A stretch of 63,756 nucleotides of DNA, counting the filler, from Chiloscyllium plagiosum (Eukaryota), in the NCBI RefSeq assembly GCF_004010195.1. It is 4 parts of 2 records of this genome, joined end to end, with 100 filler letters (N's around TTAATTAATTAA, not from the genome) between each part and the next. Parts side by side here need not be neighbours in the genome. Positions count along the whole stretch, not along the records: positions 61,020 to 63,756 come from NC_057714.1; 3 more parts are not named here. The stretch is one strand, 5' to 3'. A program made the position numbers and the translations under genes. Below, in pieces: positions 62,071-63,756 of the stretch (positions are counted from its first letter, which is position 1; every line of letters begins with the position of its first letter). The notes beneath the pieces were generated by a model, which saw nothing but the letters and a program-made list of their open reading frames with translations, was not told where the DNA came from and made no database searches.

Positions 62071-63365
62071 GAAGCCATTGAGATGGATTTCCCCCTAACA
62101 CTGGATCAATAAGAACAGACCAGGTAAATGTACTCCCAACTAGCTCTAGCTGGTCAGCAGTGAAGGGATATTGAAGGAGGGGGATGTGGTCAAGTTGAGA
62201 AGGAGGGATGTTTCACAAAGGTCACGTTAAAGATTTCGTATTTTATTTTGATTGGGACTATTACAGTAGAGAAGGGAGAGCGGGGATGGAACGGATTAGG
62301 GAGCTAGTTGGAGAGGTTCACACTTGGACTTACAGGAAGAGTGGGAAAGTTATTTATCTTTTTCATACAGCTCCCAGATGCTCTATAAAGGATGTCATAT
62401 TTATTGGCCTTTACTACACCATGACCTTTGGTTCAAAACGCATAGAAAACAAATTGACAGATTCAAGTGTAATTAAAATATGCTGCCATTCATTCACCAA
62501 TGAATCCAAAATCCAGACCATCAAGATACACTAAGGATCGGCAGTAAATGTTAGCAAAACCAGCAAAAGCTGTAAATCATGAATAAATAAATGAATATGA
62601 AAGCAAGCTAATGTCTTCACATTGCAATGTCTTCACAGTTTCCTAGTGTCAGCACGGAAAACACCTTCATTTTCAGGAAATTTCTTTCTTTTAGGTTTGT
62701 TTTACACAACAGCCTGAATGCTTTTCGCTTTCTTTAATTAGTTTTCGAGGAGAGTAGGAATCCCAGGAATCATGGTTCAAGAATACAAAGCAAACCAAGG
62801 GCAAGATGTTTCTGCTGATGGTGAGTCTTTATTCTGTAGGTTTCTGTTTCAAGTAGTGCACTATGCATTTCACAAGATCCGAAAAATGTTATTAAAATAT
62901 GCAGTCGAAGCGTGACTGCTTATTTTAAACATGAACACATTGAGATCACTCTTAAAAAGAAACAAATATTCTGAAGCTCAGCTGAATATGAAACTAAGTT
63001 TGAAATTTGCAAAGCATATTTTTGTTTCTCAGATTTTCAAGTGATTATCAATTTAGTAAACCATGTTCGTGCTGAGTGTTGACATTATGACCTAAAAGGA
63101 ATTATCTAGTTGGCAAGTGGGCTTTTCTGTGTGCAACCTGAGTTTTGTCCTTAAAATGATGGTATGTTACTGTTAACTGTTCACTTTATTTATAAGGGGG
63201 CATGTGTTGGAGAGAAGGACTATTAGATCACTAGTTTCCCAGAATGACCACAGGTGCTACCAACTTTTCAAACAAGTAAATTGAATTAAATCCATTCCTC
63301 ATCTGCTTTATGGATTCAGTATGTTTTTTCTAGGCTTTATTTCTTCTGTTGCACTAATTGTTTAA

Positions 63366-63756
63366 AGTCATAGAGTCATAGAGATGTACAGCATGGAAAC
63401 AAACCCTTCGGTCCAACCCATCCATGCCGACCAGATATCCCGACTCAATCTAGTCACACCTGCCAGCACCAGGCCCATATCCCTCCAAACCCTTCCTATT
63501 CATATATCCATCCAAATGTCTCTTAAATGTTGCAATTGTACCAGCCTCCACCACATCCTCTGGTAACTCATTCCATACATGTACGACCCTCTGCGTGAAA
63601 ACATTGCCCCTTAGGTCTCTTTTATATCTTTCCCCTCTCACCCGAAACCTATGCCCTCTAGTTCTGGACTCCCCGACCCCAGGGAAAGGACTTTGTCTAT
63701 TTATCCTATCCATGCCCCTCCTAATTTTGTAAACCTCTATTAGGTCACCCCTCAGC
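63366..63756 (-). mobile_element. CR1 LINE 3' end, truncated by the window edge
   Basis: (gtcataga)n tail; FPGVGESRTRGHRFRVRGE..FTQRVVHVWNELP. Confidence 0.92.

Overview
Repeat-rich genomic DNA from a cartilaginous fish, probably a shark (inferred from HE1-type SINEs, CR1 LINEs and shark-type L1/Tx1 and Penelope elements), with seven N-gaps. The one host gene I can support is NSMAF (protein FAN) on the + strand. Eight consecutive, in-frame, GT-AG-bounded coding exons (equivalent to human exons 2-9) lie between 48006 and 59820; exon 1 and exons 10 onward are not seen. Almost all ORFs in the supplied track are transposon debris or chance. The most striking structure is about 20 short Penelope-like (PLE) terminal-repeat elements from four sequence families. 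Many are fold-back (inverted-arm) units of 100-400 bp flanked by 7-17 bp target-site duplications, and they carry minimal type-I hammerhead ribozyme motifs, sometimes one on each strand. Other contents: a decayed Gypsy/Gmr1-like gag-protease region with a tRNA-Pro PBS, solo LTRs, a Tigger-like MITE, L1/Tx1, RTE, L2 and Rex1 fragments, minisatellites, a possible poly-His-encoding exon upstream of NSMAF, and a 3'UTR-like block at 17.9-21.3 kb. All family assignments are from recognition of motifs; no searches were run.
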